Assembly: GCF_018350175.1 (NCBI RefSeq)
Contig: NC_058368.1
Coordinates: forward strand, 6,448,001-6,512,000
Direction of reading: 5' to 3'
DNA length: 64,000 nt
Source: Felis catus
Lineage: Eukaryota
The notes below the pieces were generated by a model, which did no database searches, had not been told where the DNA came from, and was given only the letters and a program-made list of their open reading frames with translations. Below, one piece after another: positions 1 to 12,974 of this stretch. The position numbers and the translations under genes were made by a program. Position 1 is the stretch's first letter; each line of letters starts with the position of its first letter.

Positions 1-224
1 CTTGGTGAGTTTTACTGTCAGGTGCCCTTCTGTTCTCACGGTAAACATTAGAGCAAAATCCCCTTGAGTTTCCATCAGAGGAAACTGATGGGCCACCTAC
101 TCCAGCCCCTTCTCGCCTTCCTTTCTCATCTAAGGGGGAGCGGAGTGAGACCCGGGGGCCTAGGCTCACTGAAAGACTGACACTGGGTCATAGGGCTACC
201 ATCAGTAGGTGAAGGGATAGGAAG

Positions 225-770
225 ATGGGGAATATACGTGGACACGGTGGGGTATTTATTCAGCAAGGAGAAGGAAGGACATCCTGCCATTTGGAACATG
301 GATGTACCTGGGGGACTTTATGGTGAGTGAAATGAGCCATACAGAGAAGACTGTATGATCTCATTTATGTGCGGAGTCTTTAAAAAAAAAAAAAAAAAAA
401 GTTGAACTCCTAGAAGCCAATAGTAGAATGGTTGTTGCTGGGTGAGGGCTGTGGGGGAGGGGAAGCAGGCAGATGCTGGTCAGAAGGTACAAGCCTTTAG
501 CTTTTGGTTACAGGATGACTAAGTTCCAGGGATCTAATGTACAGCATGGTGACCATAACTAAAAATACTGGATTGTATGTTTGAAATTTGCTAAAGGAGT
601 AGATGGTAGGGGTTCTCACCAAAAAAAGAAAAAAAAGAAAAGGTTTGTGAGGTGATGGTATGTTAATCAATTGTGGTAATCCTTTCACTAAGTGTGTGTA
701 TTTCAAATCATGACATTGCACACTTTAAATATATACAGTTTTGTCCGTTACACATCAGTAAAGCTGGAAC
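225..770 (+). mobile_element. Old L1 (L1M-type) 3' end fragment
   Basis: L1 3'UTR motifs (catcctgccattt..., gtacagcatggtgaccata..., tgaggtgatggtatgttaat); boundaries approximate. Confidence 0.7.
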
Positions 771-1184
771 CAAAGGGCATAGGACTCTAGAACACTTTCC
801 CTCCCCCCACACCTTCCCAACACGTCACCAAAGGCCTTCGTATCCCAGTTTCCTTTGACCCTGTACAGCATGTCTGGGTTTCACCAAAAAAAAAAAAAAA
901 AAAAAAAAAGAAATGTAAAAAACCCAGTTTGAAGAGGCAGAGGAAGCATCAGAAGCAAAGTCAGATATGGTAGGGACGTTGTAATTATCAGACCAGGAAT
1001 TTAAAAGAGCTGATTCATATGTCAAGGATGCCAATGGAAAAAGCAGACAGGATTCAAAAACAGATGGGTCATGTCAGCAGAGAGATTGAAGTTATAAGAA
1101 AGAGTTAAAAAAATATATTGGAGGATAGATCAAAAAACTAGGTGACTGACATACATGAAGAAATAGAGAATTTATTTTCTAAAA

Positions 1185-1619
1185 AAATTTTTTTAGTGTT
1201 TATTAAAAAAATTTTTTTTTAACATTTATTTATTTTTGAGAGACAGAGGCAAAGCATGAGCAGGGGAGCGGGGGAGGGAGAGAGATACAGAATCTGAAGC
1301 AGACTCCAGGCTCTGAGCTGTTCATCGGCACAGAGCCTGATGCAGGGCTCAAACGCACAAACCGCAAGACCATGACCCGAGCTGAAGTCGGGTGCTCAAC
1401 CGACTGAGCCACCCAGGTGCCCCTAGTGTTCATTTTTGAGATAGAGACAGAGCACGAGCAGGGGAGAGGCAGAGAGAGAAGGAGACACAGAATGCGAAGC
1501 AGGCTCCAGGCTCCAAGCTTTCAACACAGGGCATGACATGGAGTTTAAGCTCACGAACCGTGAGATCATGACCTGAGCTGAGGTCAGACGCTTAACTGAC
1601 TGAGCCACCCAGGCGCCCC
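1185..1619 (-). mobile_element. Nested pair of CAN-SINEs (inner ~1204-1423 inserted in the tail of the outer)
   Basis: Two gccacccaggYgcccc ends; TSD-like tagtgtt(t/c)att on both sides of the inner copy. Confidence 0.85.
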
Positions 1620-3181
1620 AGAAATAGGGAATTTCAACAGAGAAATGGAAACTATAGAGAAAATAAATAGAACTGAAAATGCCAGTATCAGAAATAAAGG
1701 AGTTCACTTGATGGTCCTACTTGCAGAATGGACACAAGCAGAAGTGGCTTGGGGACAAACCAGTAGAAATTATTCAAACTAATTCACAAGAGACACCGAA
1801 TGATAAAAAAGAAAAAAAAAAAAGAACAGAACAACCAGAATATGGGCTAATATCAGAGGGTCTAATACGTATGTAATTGGAGTCCCAGAAGGAGAGGAGA
1901 GAGCAAAAATAAGGTAGACAAAATAACGGATGAGAATTTTTGAATATTGATGGTAGATATCAACCAGCGGGTTCAAGAAGCTCAGCAAATTTGCAGAAGT
2001 GTAAATTACACAAAATCCCATTTAGTCACATCCTAGTAATATTGCTGAAAAAACGAAAGTAAAGAGAAAATCATAAGCAAGAGGAAAAAAACACATTACG
2101 TATAGGGCGGGCACCGTGTTAAGAATGACAGCTGATTCTCATCAGACACAAGACCAGAAATGAAATATGAATGAAATGAAGGGAAATGGAAATGAAATAG
2201 ACATATTTTATTTAGACAAAATCTGAGAGAATTCATCTTCAGTATATCTCCATTACCAAAAATGCTAGAAAAACTCTTTAAGCTAAATGAAAACGATACC
2301 AGATGGTAGCCTGGATCTGCAAGAAGGAATAAAGATCAACAGAAGGAGTAAATATGGGACTAAAGAAAAATGGGCATTAAAATGATATATTTGTATCTCT
2401 TTGCTTAAAGGCTGTTGACTGCTGAAAGTTTATTGTAGAGTTCATACCCTGTGAAATTAAAATATATGGCAGTAAGAGCTGTAAGAGTAGAAGTGGGGAA
2501 ATGGAACCTATGTTGCTGTGTTTTACATTGGTTTTGAAATACTGTACTATTTGAAAGTACATTGTGATGAGTTAAGGATGCCTGTTTTAATTTCCGGTAA
2601 CCTCCAGGATAACACACAGAGGAGATAGATGGAACCCCAAGGTAAATCATTTGGTTTTCCCAGAAGAAGGCAGGAGAGGAAGAAGAAAGGAACCAAGAAC
2701 AGAAAGGACAAATGGAAAACCAATACCCAGGTGATGGAATTAAACCCAGCCATATCAAGAATTACGTTAAATGGAAACATGTTAAATACCCACTTAAAAT
2801 TTAAGGCAGAGCTTAATCAGGTTAGGTAAAAAAGCAAGACTAAAATACATGCATTATTAAGGATGAAGACACAGCTTTAAAGAAAATAATGTAAAAACTA
2901 TACCATGTGAACATAAAGCAGAAGGAAGCTGATGTGGCTATATTAACGTCAAATAAAGTAAACTATAAAACAGAGAGAAAGAAGGAATGTTCCATAGTGA
3001 TAAGAGCTCATTTGTCAAGAACTCACAATTCTACATTTTAGTTTAAAAGAACGTGGCGTAACAATAGAACCAAAAGGGAGAAATAGACAAATGAAGAATG
3101 ACAGTTGCAGATTTTAACAAAAACCTTTCGGTGAATGCTAAAAAAAAAATAGACAAAAATCTGTAAGAATATAGATGGTTT

Positions 3182-3450
<269 letters not shown>

Positions 3451-3460
3451 AATATATGTT

Positions 3461-3687
3461 GGGGTGCCTGGGTGGCGCAGTCGGTTAAGCGTCCGACTTC
3501 AGCCAGGTCACGATCTCGCGGTCCGGGAGTTCGAGCCCTGCGTTGGGCTCTGGGCTGATGGCTCAGAGCCTGGAGCCTGCTTCCGATTCTGTGTCTCCCT
3601 CTCTCTCTGCCCCTCCCCTGTTCATGCTCTGTCTCTCTCTGTCCCAAAAAATAAATAAACGTTGAAAAAAAAAATTTAAAAAAAAAA
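3461..3687 (+). mobile_element. Young felid SINEC_Fc-type SINE between the duplicated blocks
   Basis: Full-length consensus-like body, AATAAA and A tail. Confidence 0.95.
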
Positions 3688-4125
3688 TAAAGAAAATAAT
3701 GTAAAAACTATACCATGTGAACATAAAGCAGAAGGAAGCTGATGTGGCTATATTAACGTCAAATAAAGTAAACTATAAAACAGAGAGAAAGAAGGAATGT
3801 TCCATAGTGATAAGAGCTCATTTGTCAAGAACTCACAATTCTACATTTTAGTTTAAAAGAACGTGGCGTAACAATAGAACCAAAAGGGAGAAATAGACAA
3901 ATGAAGAATGACAGTTGCAGATTTTAACAAAAACCTCTCGGTGAATGCTAAAAAAAAAAAAAAAAAAATAGACAAAAATCTGTAAGAATATAGATGGTTT
4001 GGGGCGCCTGGGTGGCTCAGTCGGTTGAGCGTCTCACACTTGATTTTGGCTCAGGTCACGATCCCAGAGTCATGGGATTGAGCCCCGTGTCGGGCTTTGT
4101 GCTGAGCGTGGAGCCTGGTTAAGAT

Positions 4126-4194
<69 letters not shown>

Positions 4195-4254
4195 CCCTCC
4201 CCCAGCCCCTCTCCACTGCTTGCACGCTCTCTCTCTTTAAAATATATGTTGGGG

Positions 4255-4710
4255 GGGGCGCCTGGGTGGCGCAGTTGGTTAAGCGTCCGACTTCAGCCAG
4301 GTCACGATCTCGCGGTCCGTGAGTTCGAGCCCCGCGTCGGGCTCTGGGCTGATGGCTCAGAGCCTGGAGCCTGTTTCCGATTCTGTGTCTCCCTCTCTCT
4401 CTGCCCCTCCCCCGTTCATGCTCTGTCTCTCTCTGTCCCAAAAATAAATAAACGTTGAAAAAAAATATATATATATATATGTTGGGGCGCCTGGGTGGCG
4501 CAGTCGGTTAAGCGTCCGACTTCAGCCAGGTCACGATCTCGCGGTCCGTGAGTTCGAGCCCTGCGTCGGGCTCTGGGCTGATTTCTCGGAGCCTGGAGCC
4601 TGTTTCAGATTCTGTGTCTCCGTCTCTCTCTGCCCCTCCCCCGTTCATGCTCTGTCTCTCTCCCAAAAATAAATAAACGTTGAAAAAAAATTAAAATAAA
4701 ATAAAATAAA
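4255..4710 (+). mobile_element. Two tandem young SINEC_Fc-type SINEs (4255-4465, 4484-4710)
   Basis: Two full bodies; aaaatatatgt-based TSDs. Confidence 0.95.
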
Positions 4711-5599
4711 ATATATGTAGATTTGTAGATGGTTTGAACAACACTACTAACCAATCTGATTTAATTGACCTTTATAGAACACTCAACTCCCAAATTATAG
4801 AATATACATTCTTTTAATGTTCACATGGAACGTTCACCAAGATGAACACAGGCTCAGCCATAAAATACTACATTTGAGAGATTGACATCCTGAAGAGTAT
4901 GGTGGTAATGAGACGGTAATTATAATAATCTTTTAAGAGAATTCTCACATATCAGAAGATGAAGCAGGATCTTTTAGAATAATCCCTGGGTCGAAGAAGA
5001 AATCAAAAAGGAAATTAGAAACTGTTTCTAATGTGTGATAATGAACCATGTATTTCTGGGATTTCCTTAAAGCAGTGCTTAGAGGGAAATTTGCACCTTT
5101 AAATGCTTATGTTGGAATAGAAGAGGGATTTAAAACCGTGGGCACGTTGCTCAGGTGAGCCCTCAGCGTTGCTCTGCGATCCTGCTGTAATTGCTTCGTT
5201 AATCCGTTTCCCTGCCCTTAGGGTGCCTCTTCTGTACCTTTTCCACCTCAGACCTCCCCCCTGAGCTGACGACTTGTTTCTTACTTCGTTTGGAAGAGGA
5301 AAGCAGCCAGAGGAGAGCCAGACATCCCCTTCTGCCAGCTCAGTCGGCCAATACCAGACGGAACCCGGATGTGCCGGTCACCCTCCTTTCAAATGGTGAC
5401 TGTTGATGTTTCTTTCAGACACACCGGACCCGATACCCTCCTGCTCGCTCCAGGACGGCGTTCACCCTCTCTTTTTCCTGCAGTATCTTTCTCCCCTCCC
5501 TGCCTCCATCATTTCTACCAAATAGTAAAATACGGAGAAATCTCTCGACTGAAACCTCCAACCGTCCTCTACCTGTGTCCCCATTTCTTGGTCCCCTTC

Positions 5600-6830
5600 A
5601 CAGCAGGATACGTTGAAAGGACCCTTCCTTCCTCCGCTGCCTTCACTTCCCTCATTTTCTCTTGTCCCCATTAAGTCTTGTCCCCTCTACACTTAAAATT
5701 TGTGCTTGTCCGCACTACCGGGGACCTCCCCATGGCCAAGCCCAGTGCTTAGTCTCGAGTCTGGAGCAAACTTCTTGACCTGGCTTCTGGGCCAGCGCGC
5801 TCTGGTGCTTCTCCTCCGTCACAAGCTGTTCTTTATTAGTCTCCTTTGAGGATATCTCTGCACGTGGGAACACTCCAGGGCTCGGTCACCGACACTCTTC
5901 TCTGGCTGTTCCCATTCACTAGGCGATCTCATGACTTGAAACACCGTCTTTACGCCGATGACTTCCGAACGTGGGTCTTCAATTCTCACCTCTTGCCTAG
6001 ATTTCAGACTTGTGTACACAACTGCCTACGAGGTATCTGCGCTCGGGTTTTTGTTTTTGAAAGTAGGCTTCATACCCAGCTCAGAGCCCAACGTGGGGCT
6101 TGAACTCCCGACCCTGAGATCAAGACCTGAACTGAGATCGGGAGGCCGACACTTAACCGACAGAGCCACCCAGGCTCCCCTGATTCACTTGGCTTTCTGA
6201 GGCATCTCACACCCTACATGTCAAAAGCAGAATTGTTTCATTCTTCTTTCTTCCCTGCCCCACCCCCCAGTTCTTTTCTACTTGTGACCCCCTTCTCTCC
6301 TATCGCATACCTTCGGAGTAGGGAGCACATCTGTACACCTGTTGGCACCTCCACGGCTGAGCCCCCACGGTGTCCCTGCTCAGTGCTCAGCAGCGGCCTC
6401 CGGTCTGGTCTCCCCACGCCACTCATCACCCCACTTCACAGGGAAGGAGCTTATTTGCCTGTGCTCTTCTCCCACTTTTCCCTCCATCCACCGGACTCCA
6501 GCCACATTGGCCTCCTTGAGGCCGCCCTCCCACACCAGCTGGGGTTCTGCCTTCCGCCTGGAAGGTTCCTCCCTGAGATGAGATCCACGTACGTTTCCCT
6601 GGCCTTTGGTGACCGCCTACGGGGCACCCCCTTCCTACCACCCTCTGCGCCCTCGCTGTCTTACTTTCTTCACAGCACGTATCGTCACGTGACGTGTCAC
6701 CTGTGTGTTACCTGTGTGTAACGTCAGCTTTGTGGCTGTGTTCGCTGCCGCGTTCCTTCGGGCGACGGGGATGGCACCCGGTGCGGAGGGGGTGTTTATG
6801 AAATATTTGCTGAGTAAACTGAATATGCTT
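5600..6830 (+). mobile_element. L2 fragment with an inserted antisense SINE (~6045-6180)
   Basis: Pyrimidine-rich L2-like body ending aaatatttgctgagtaaactgaat, typical of the L2 3' end. Confidence 0.6.
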
Positions 6831-7184
6831 AACAGTCAGCTTCTATTATCTTAGTTCTTATGAAGAAGTGTACAGAAAACTTCACCACGGTTGCCTGTGG
6901 GTGACGTTTCTACTTTTCTGAGTTTTCCAGATTTTCTATCATGAGTGTATATTTTATACTCCCAGAGACACTTCAGTCATAAGGTGTCCACTAGGTTTTT
7001 TGGCTTTTCCACAGACTGGTGAACACAACGAAGACAGAAGAAAGAAATCGGAGTGTCAACAGTAGATGGGTTGGGCTTGGGGCCATTTCTTTCTACTGTT
7101 TACTCTTCCGTGTTTTCTGTATTTTTTATAATAAGCATGGATTGCTTTCATAGAAGGAAAATAAAACTTTAACAGGGGGGAAAA

Positions 7185-7415
7185 GGGGCGCCTGGGTGGC
7201 TCAGTCGGTTGAGTGTCCAACTCCAGCTCAGGTCGTGATCTCGCGGTCTGTGAGTTCGAGCCCCGCGTCGGGTTCTGTGCTGACCACTCAGAGCCTGGAG
7301 CCTGTTTCCGATTCTGTGTCTCCCTCTCTCTCTGACCCTCCCCTGTTCATGCTCTGTCTCTCTGTGTCTCAAAAATAAATAAACGTTAAAAAAAATTAAA
7401 AAAAATAAATAAAAG
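7185..7415 (+). mobile_element. CAN-SINE
   Basis: Full body; TSD aggggggaaaa. Confidence 0.92.
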
Positions 7416-7499
7416 GGGGGAAAATCCTTAGGGCCCCCAAATTATAACTTGGTATTTTTATGGAACTCAATGGTTATTGGACTTCACCGCAAACACTAC

Positions 7500-8595
7500 A
7501 ATAAGGTTTCTTTTTTACCTTATTTTGAAATGACTTCAGACTTCTAAAAAGATCAAAACAGTAACGAGTTCTCAAACTTTCACCTACATATTCTTTTTCT
7601 CAGAGACTCTTCCTCCTGCCCTCCCTTCTCCTGTACACACACGTACACATATATATTTAATATTTTATGTGTATGTTTAGTGTTTTTTAAATATATATTT
7701 TATGTTTAGTATACTATATACATTTAATTCTCTTCTTCAGCCTGAAGTGGTTCCTCAGGCTTTCTTTGACTTGATGATTTGATATTTGAAAGGGGAACTG
7801 GCCGTTTCTTTTGTGGAATGTCCGTTGGTCTGGGTCTCCTGAGGTTTCCTCTTGATTAGATTTAGGAAATCGGCAAGACTGTGGCAGAGTGATGGTACGT
7901 CCTTCTCAGTGCGTTTGTTCACAAAGCACACATTCTCTGCTCGTCCCATAACTGCCCATGGTGACTTTGCTCACGTTTTGTTTTCCATCACGTTGGCGTT
8001 TTGTCCGTAGATTTCCGTAGCTAAAGTTGTGTCTCCTTCTGTAATTGGTAAGGATCTGTGGCGAAACGTGTTGAGACTTTGTAATAGCCTGTTTTCATCC
8101 ACTGCTTTCCACTAGTCTTAGCATCCATTGATGATACTTGCCCCAAACACTTACTGTTGTGGTGGTTGCAGAAAGGTGATTTTTGTGGTTCCCTAATTCT
8201 GCGTTTATTAGTTGGAATTCTGCTGTAAGTGCTTTCGTTTCTTCCCTTGTCATTCATTCATTCAATCAGTTTGAACTCATGGATTCTCATTTTATTCTGT
8301 GGGCTATCATCCATTATCTTTCTTATTTATTTTGATGCTCACATTTTCCCAGATTTGGCCAGTGGGAGTCCTTTCACGCGGGCCCCTGTGTCCTTTTGAC
8401 ATGTCTCTGCCACCCTCTGAGTACTCCTGTATGTTTTTAGAACAGCACAGCAAAAGGTGTGCTAAGCTCCTCTTGGCCTTATCCACCCTCGGCCCTAGAA
8501 TCAGTCATTTTTCCAAGGAGCCTTGTTATTTTTAGTGGTGAGTGAAAAGCCAGAATCTCGACCAATCAGGATCGAGGTGCTAGGGGTGCGCACTA
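7500..8595 (-). mobile_element. Old L1 (L1MC-like) 3' region
   Basis: Resembles L1MC 3' region as recalled (cccagatttggccagtgggagtcc..., gaatcagtcatttttccaaggagcc). Confidence 0.55.
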
Positions 8596-9116
8596 AAATT
8601 TCTGAAGGGCCTTGTTAGGACTGGTTTCTTGTTCTACAGAAAGGACTCCTATCAGACAACGGTGGTTGTTGCCAGTAAATCGTCGCTTTTGAATACAATT
8701 GAAAATCCATGCATAATTTTGACTGCTTCGGCAGCTTAGAGGCATACTTCCCAACCTGACATACCTGGACACGAATTCGTAATGGTACCGATAAATCCAT
8801 AAGTAGATCCTTTGTCAGTAAAGAATGAATAAATTACACTTAGCTCAGCGTGGTCTTCAATTCAGAATGATTTTAGTTTCGCTATTAATGGACTTGCCAC
8901 TTCCAAGAGCGCGTAAAATTAAGCTTTTCAAATAAGTTGCTGTTTGCAAAACTGAATACTGTAATTTGCAACATTTTAGTCTCGTTCATCAGGAAAATAT
9001 AGTTTCTCCCATTTTCTTCAGTCACTTGTTGGCTTGCAGCAGCTGGCAAAAGATGAAGTATGCGGTCCTCAATTTCTGTGTCTTTTTTTGTTGTTGTTGA
9101 TAAATTAAGAACCTCC

Positions 9117-9320
9117 GGGGCATCTGGGTAGTTCAGTCGGATAATCGTCTGACTCTTGATTGCAGCCCAGGCTGTGGTCACGGTTCTTGAGTTTGAGCCC
9201 CACCTCGGGCTTTGCGCTGACCGTGCAGCACCTGCTTGGGATTCTCTCTCGCCCTCTGCCCCTGTCCTGCTTGCATGCATGGTCTCCTTTTCTCAAAACA
9301 AAACAAAACAAAACACTAAA
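9117..9320 (+). mobile_element. CAN-SINE (diverged)
   Basis: ggggcatctgggtagttcagtcgg start, (caaaa)n tail. Confidence 0.85.
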
Positions 9321-9637
9321 AGAACTTCTACAGAAGTATAGTCAATGGCATGGCTTTTGGTCTTTGGTTTTTGTTTTTTTCCCAAATAGGGTTAAGCATT
9401 AAAGGCAGAGGCCACATGTTATTTATCCTTGTCACCTTCTATAGTATCTAGGTGAACGTGGTTCTCAGCAGTAGTCGCTGTGCTTGGAGAATGCTGGCGT
9501 GACTTTGGCAAGGGACGAGAGTATATACTCCCATATTCTTGGTGATACATGCTGTCCCTGTTAGATCTCTGTATAACTGAAGGGAAAGGGGAAGGATTTG
9601 GGTGGGCAGAGGTGGGAATCACACTGGAATATTTTTT

Positions 9638-10077
9638 ATTTTGCTTTTATTTTTTAATGTTTATTTTTGAGAGAGTGTGAGCAGGGGAGGGGCAGAGAGA
9701 GAGAGGGAGACACGGAATCCAAAGCAGGCTCCAGGCTCCGAGCTGTCAGCACAGAGCCCGACATGGGGCTCAAACCCACGAACTGCAAGATCACGACCTG
9801 AGCCAAAGTTGGACGCTCAACCGACTGAGCCATCCGGGCGCTCCTGGAATATTTCTTTTAAATTTTTTTTTTCAATGTTTATTTATTTTTGGGACAGAGA
9901 GAGACAGAGCATGAACGGGGGAGGGGCAGAGAGAGAGGGAGACACAGAATCGGAAACAGGCTCCAGGCTCTGAGCCATCATCCCAGAGCCCGACGCGGGG
10001 CTCGAACTCACGGACCGCGCGAGATCGTGACCTGGCTGAAGTCGGACGCTTAACCGACTGCGCCACCCAGGCGCCCC
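9638..10077 (-). mobile_element. Two tandem antisense CAN-SINEs (9638-9843, 9860-10077)
   Basis: Two bodies; ctggaatattt(c)ttt present three times. Confidence 0.92.
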
Positions 10078-10714
10078 TGGAATATTTCTTTTAAACTATG
10101 AATGGCCAGATAGAGAAAAATTAGTTGGCTCTATTTGATCATGTCTCGTATTCAAAATAAACAACTGATAGGCTTGGGCAGATACCCTTTGGAACCTGGT
10201 ACTTTGTCTACAGATCATCCAGCCTGAACGGGCATTTTCCTGAATAAGTGTCGTAAGCCAGAACTTCCAAAGGATGTTATTAGGTGGTGCCAGGCCCAGT
10301 CCGTTTGAAAACATGGTATGCTAGATGCTTCTCTTACAGATTCCTATTGCATATGAGCATATTAAAGATTTGAGATACCCCAAGGCATAGAAACACGTTT
10401 GTCGAATCTTTTCAGCCCAGCATTCCCCAAACTTACTTGAGCAGGGAGCATTTGTTGGTTGTGTACGTGTTAACAAGAAAACACTGGTAGAGATCCTGTG
10501 TTTTTTTGTTCAAGAGATACTTGCTGAACACTAACTCAGCACAGGCAATGAAGAGATAAAAGGCTTTGCTCATACCCGCAAAGAACTTCTGTAAAGACAA
10601 CGTTTGAGTTACGTGAAGAGTCCTGTGACTGAGGTTTGCCTAGGGTATTGTGGGAACACAGAGGGAGGCTGATGTTCCCCCGGTCTGCATCCAGAAGGAT
10701 TGATTTGGAGTTAA

Positions 10715-12060
10715 TACGTTTTTATTCACTTGTTCCAAAATCTTTTTGAGCACATACTATAAGGCAGACCTGCCCTAGACCTTGGAGATTGATACAGCAG
10801 TGCGCGGGACCCAGTAGAGCCCTTGTCCTCTTGGGTCATACATTCTGGCGGAAGGAGACAGGCAGGAAACACAAGGAATAAGCACACGTGTCCGGTGAAG
10901 CTCAGTCAGTTAAGCGTCTGGCTCTTGGTCGCGATTTCGCGGTTCGCTTCGTGAGTTCGAGTCCCAAATCGGGCTCCGTGCTGATGTGTGGAGTGGGATT
11001 CTCAATCTCTCCTTCTCTCTCTCTGCCCCTCCCCCACTTGTGCGCGCGCTCTCTCAAACGTAAAAAGAAAGTACGAGGCTACAATTATAACGTGGTAAAT
11101 GCTAAGGAGAAAACTACAGCAGGGAAGGGCCAAGGGGGTGTGTGTGCCTCTAGTGTGGTGAAGTGATTGCAGTCTTAGCTAAGGTTGCTAGAGACGTCTC
11201 ACTTCCAAGGTCACAGTTGGGTACAGGCCCGGATGAAGCGAGGGACCAAACCATGTGAGTTTCTGGGACAAAAATGGGCCAGGGAGAAAGAACAGGAAAT
11301 GCACCCCCCCCCCAAGGCAAGTATGATTGGCACGTCTGAGAAACAGCAGGAAGCCAGAGTAGTTGGGGGAGTGGAATATGCGAGGGGGTGGCCTAGTGCA
11401 TGAGGCCAGCGGGGTAGGTGGCATTCATCACGTGACCTGTGGCTTTTGCTCTGGGTGGGGGGGACAAAGGGCGGAAGGGGTTGAAAGCGCAGAGCGGTGG
11501 CGCCACCTGTGGGGAAGGGCCATGGGCACCGCAAGTAGTCCCTTCAGACCGGAGCACAAAGGGAGGGCACAAGTGAGGTGCACGGGGCCTTGTGTGGCCT
11601 GCCAAGAGGCCTAGATTCTATCTTGAGATGCTGGGGAGGAGGAGGGACAGTCAGATCTTTCTTTCAGAGAGATCACTTGGCAGTGGTGTGATGAACAGGT
11701 TCGAGGGTGGGAGGCGAGCCTGAAAGCAGAAAAGAAAAAAAAAACCAACAACTGTCGCTTGTTTAATTCAGGAGGGAAACGGGGAGAGTCGGAGCTCAGG
11801 GGCGCCGGGAAGAGGCAAGTGACAAGGTCTGGTGTTGGGTGAGCCGTAGCGGGAGGCAGCAGCCACGGATGACCCCGTTTCTGCGTGGGCTTCCCTTTAG
11901 GTGATTGATGCCTCTCCACACGGGGATGCAGGTTTGAGTTAACGTGAAAATGAATTCCTGTGCGCACTTGTACAGCATTTTGGGGTTCTGTAGGACATCA
12001 ACGTGGAGATGTTCATGAGCCAGTTAGGCACACAAGTCCGGCACTGAGCAAAGGGTTCCG
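10715..12060 (-). mobile_element. L2 fragment with an inserted SINE (~10890-11070, +)
   Basis: ttattcacttgttcc...ttgagcacatactat L2 3' end in reverse; purine-rich body. Confidence 0.55.
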
Positions 12061-12974
12061 AAGGCAGTGAACACGCGCTAATTCTGGATATCGCATCTAG
12101 TTACAGAGTTTAGAAATATGTAATTTGTGAGGACTTTATTTCATTCCCTTGCCTTTGTTGAAACCGTTTTGTATGTCGTGGCAATGGAAAGCGTTGGCAG
12201 AATTTTAAGCGACTCTAGAGGATCATACATTAGATAACAGACTTTAAGAGAAATGATTTATTGCTCAGCTGACATCAGTGGCCTTGGGGAGCCCCCTTCC
12301 ATTTTTGGCAGAGGGATGACTTTTTAGATACAGAATGTTTTTACTGATTCCTTTATTGCTCTCATTTTTAAAGAGAAAGTTCCTCCTGTTAGGATAGTCA
12401 CACTATGGGAATTTATGAAACTGTACTGCTTTTAGATTCACAAGAAATGCTTATCTGGTGTCTGGGAGTGACCATTTAGGCAGCAAATATTTTAGTCCCT
12501 TTAATTAAGTAAACAGGAAATTACCCAGTGGCTTGTGGCCTGAAATAATTTGTGGAAGTTGCTAATTTCTAGGCAGGGAAGTTCAAGGAAGTATATGATA
12601 AAATCAGGAGAGTAGAAGCTAGAAGACCGAAGTTTAGTTCCATCTTTTTCTGCCACTTACTAGCCATGAGATTTGGACAGATCACCTTTCTGGTGGTCAG
12701 GTTGGTCGTCTGGAAAATGGAAGCAGTAACTCGCTATTGACCTCATAAGCCGGTGCGTTCTTTGAACAGGCGTTTGTCAGGACTCATTGGTCTAGCTAGG
12801 GCTGGGCTGCAACAGTGAACAGACAGGCTTCGTTCTTATTCTCACATCTTGCAGTGTTGTGAATTACAGCAGACAGTCTGCAAAGTGGATATCAGACTGT
12901 GCAAATTGTAAAGCACTATGAAAACATCACGGTTGTTCTCGCTTTAAGTAAGTATTCTTTCCAGAAGAATTAAA

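Noticed and set aside
8615..9100. Minus-strand ORFs as a possible transposase or pseudogene
   Set aside because: No recognisable protein motif in the frames I translated; treated as unique intronic sequence
11498..11513. CTCF-like tggcgccacctgtggg
   Set aside because: Several mismatches in the core and lies within an L2 remnant
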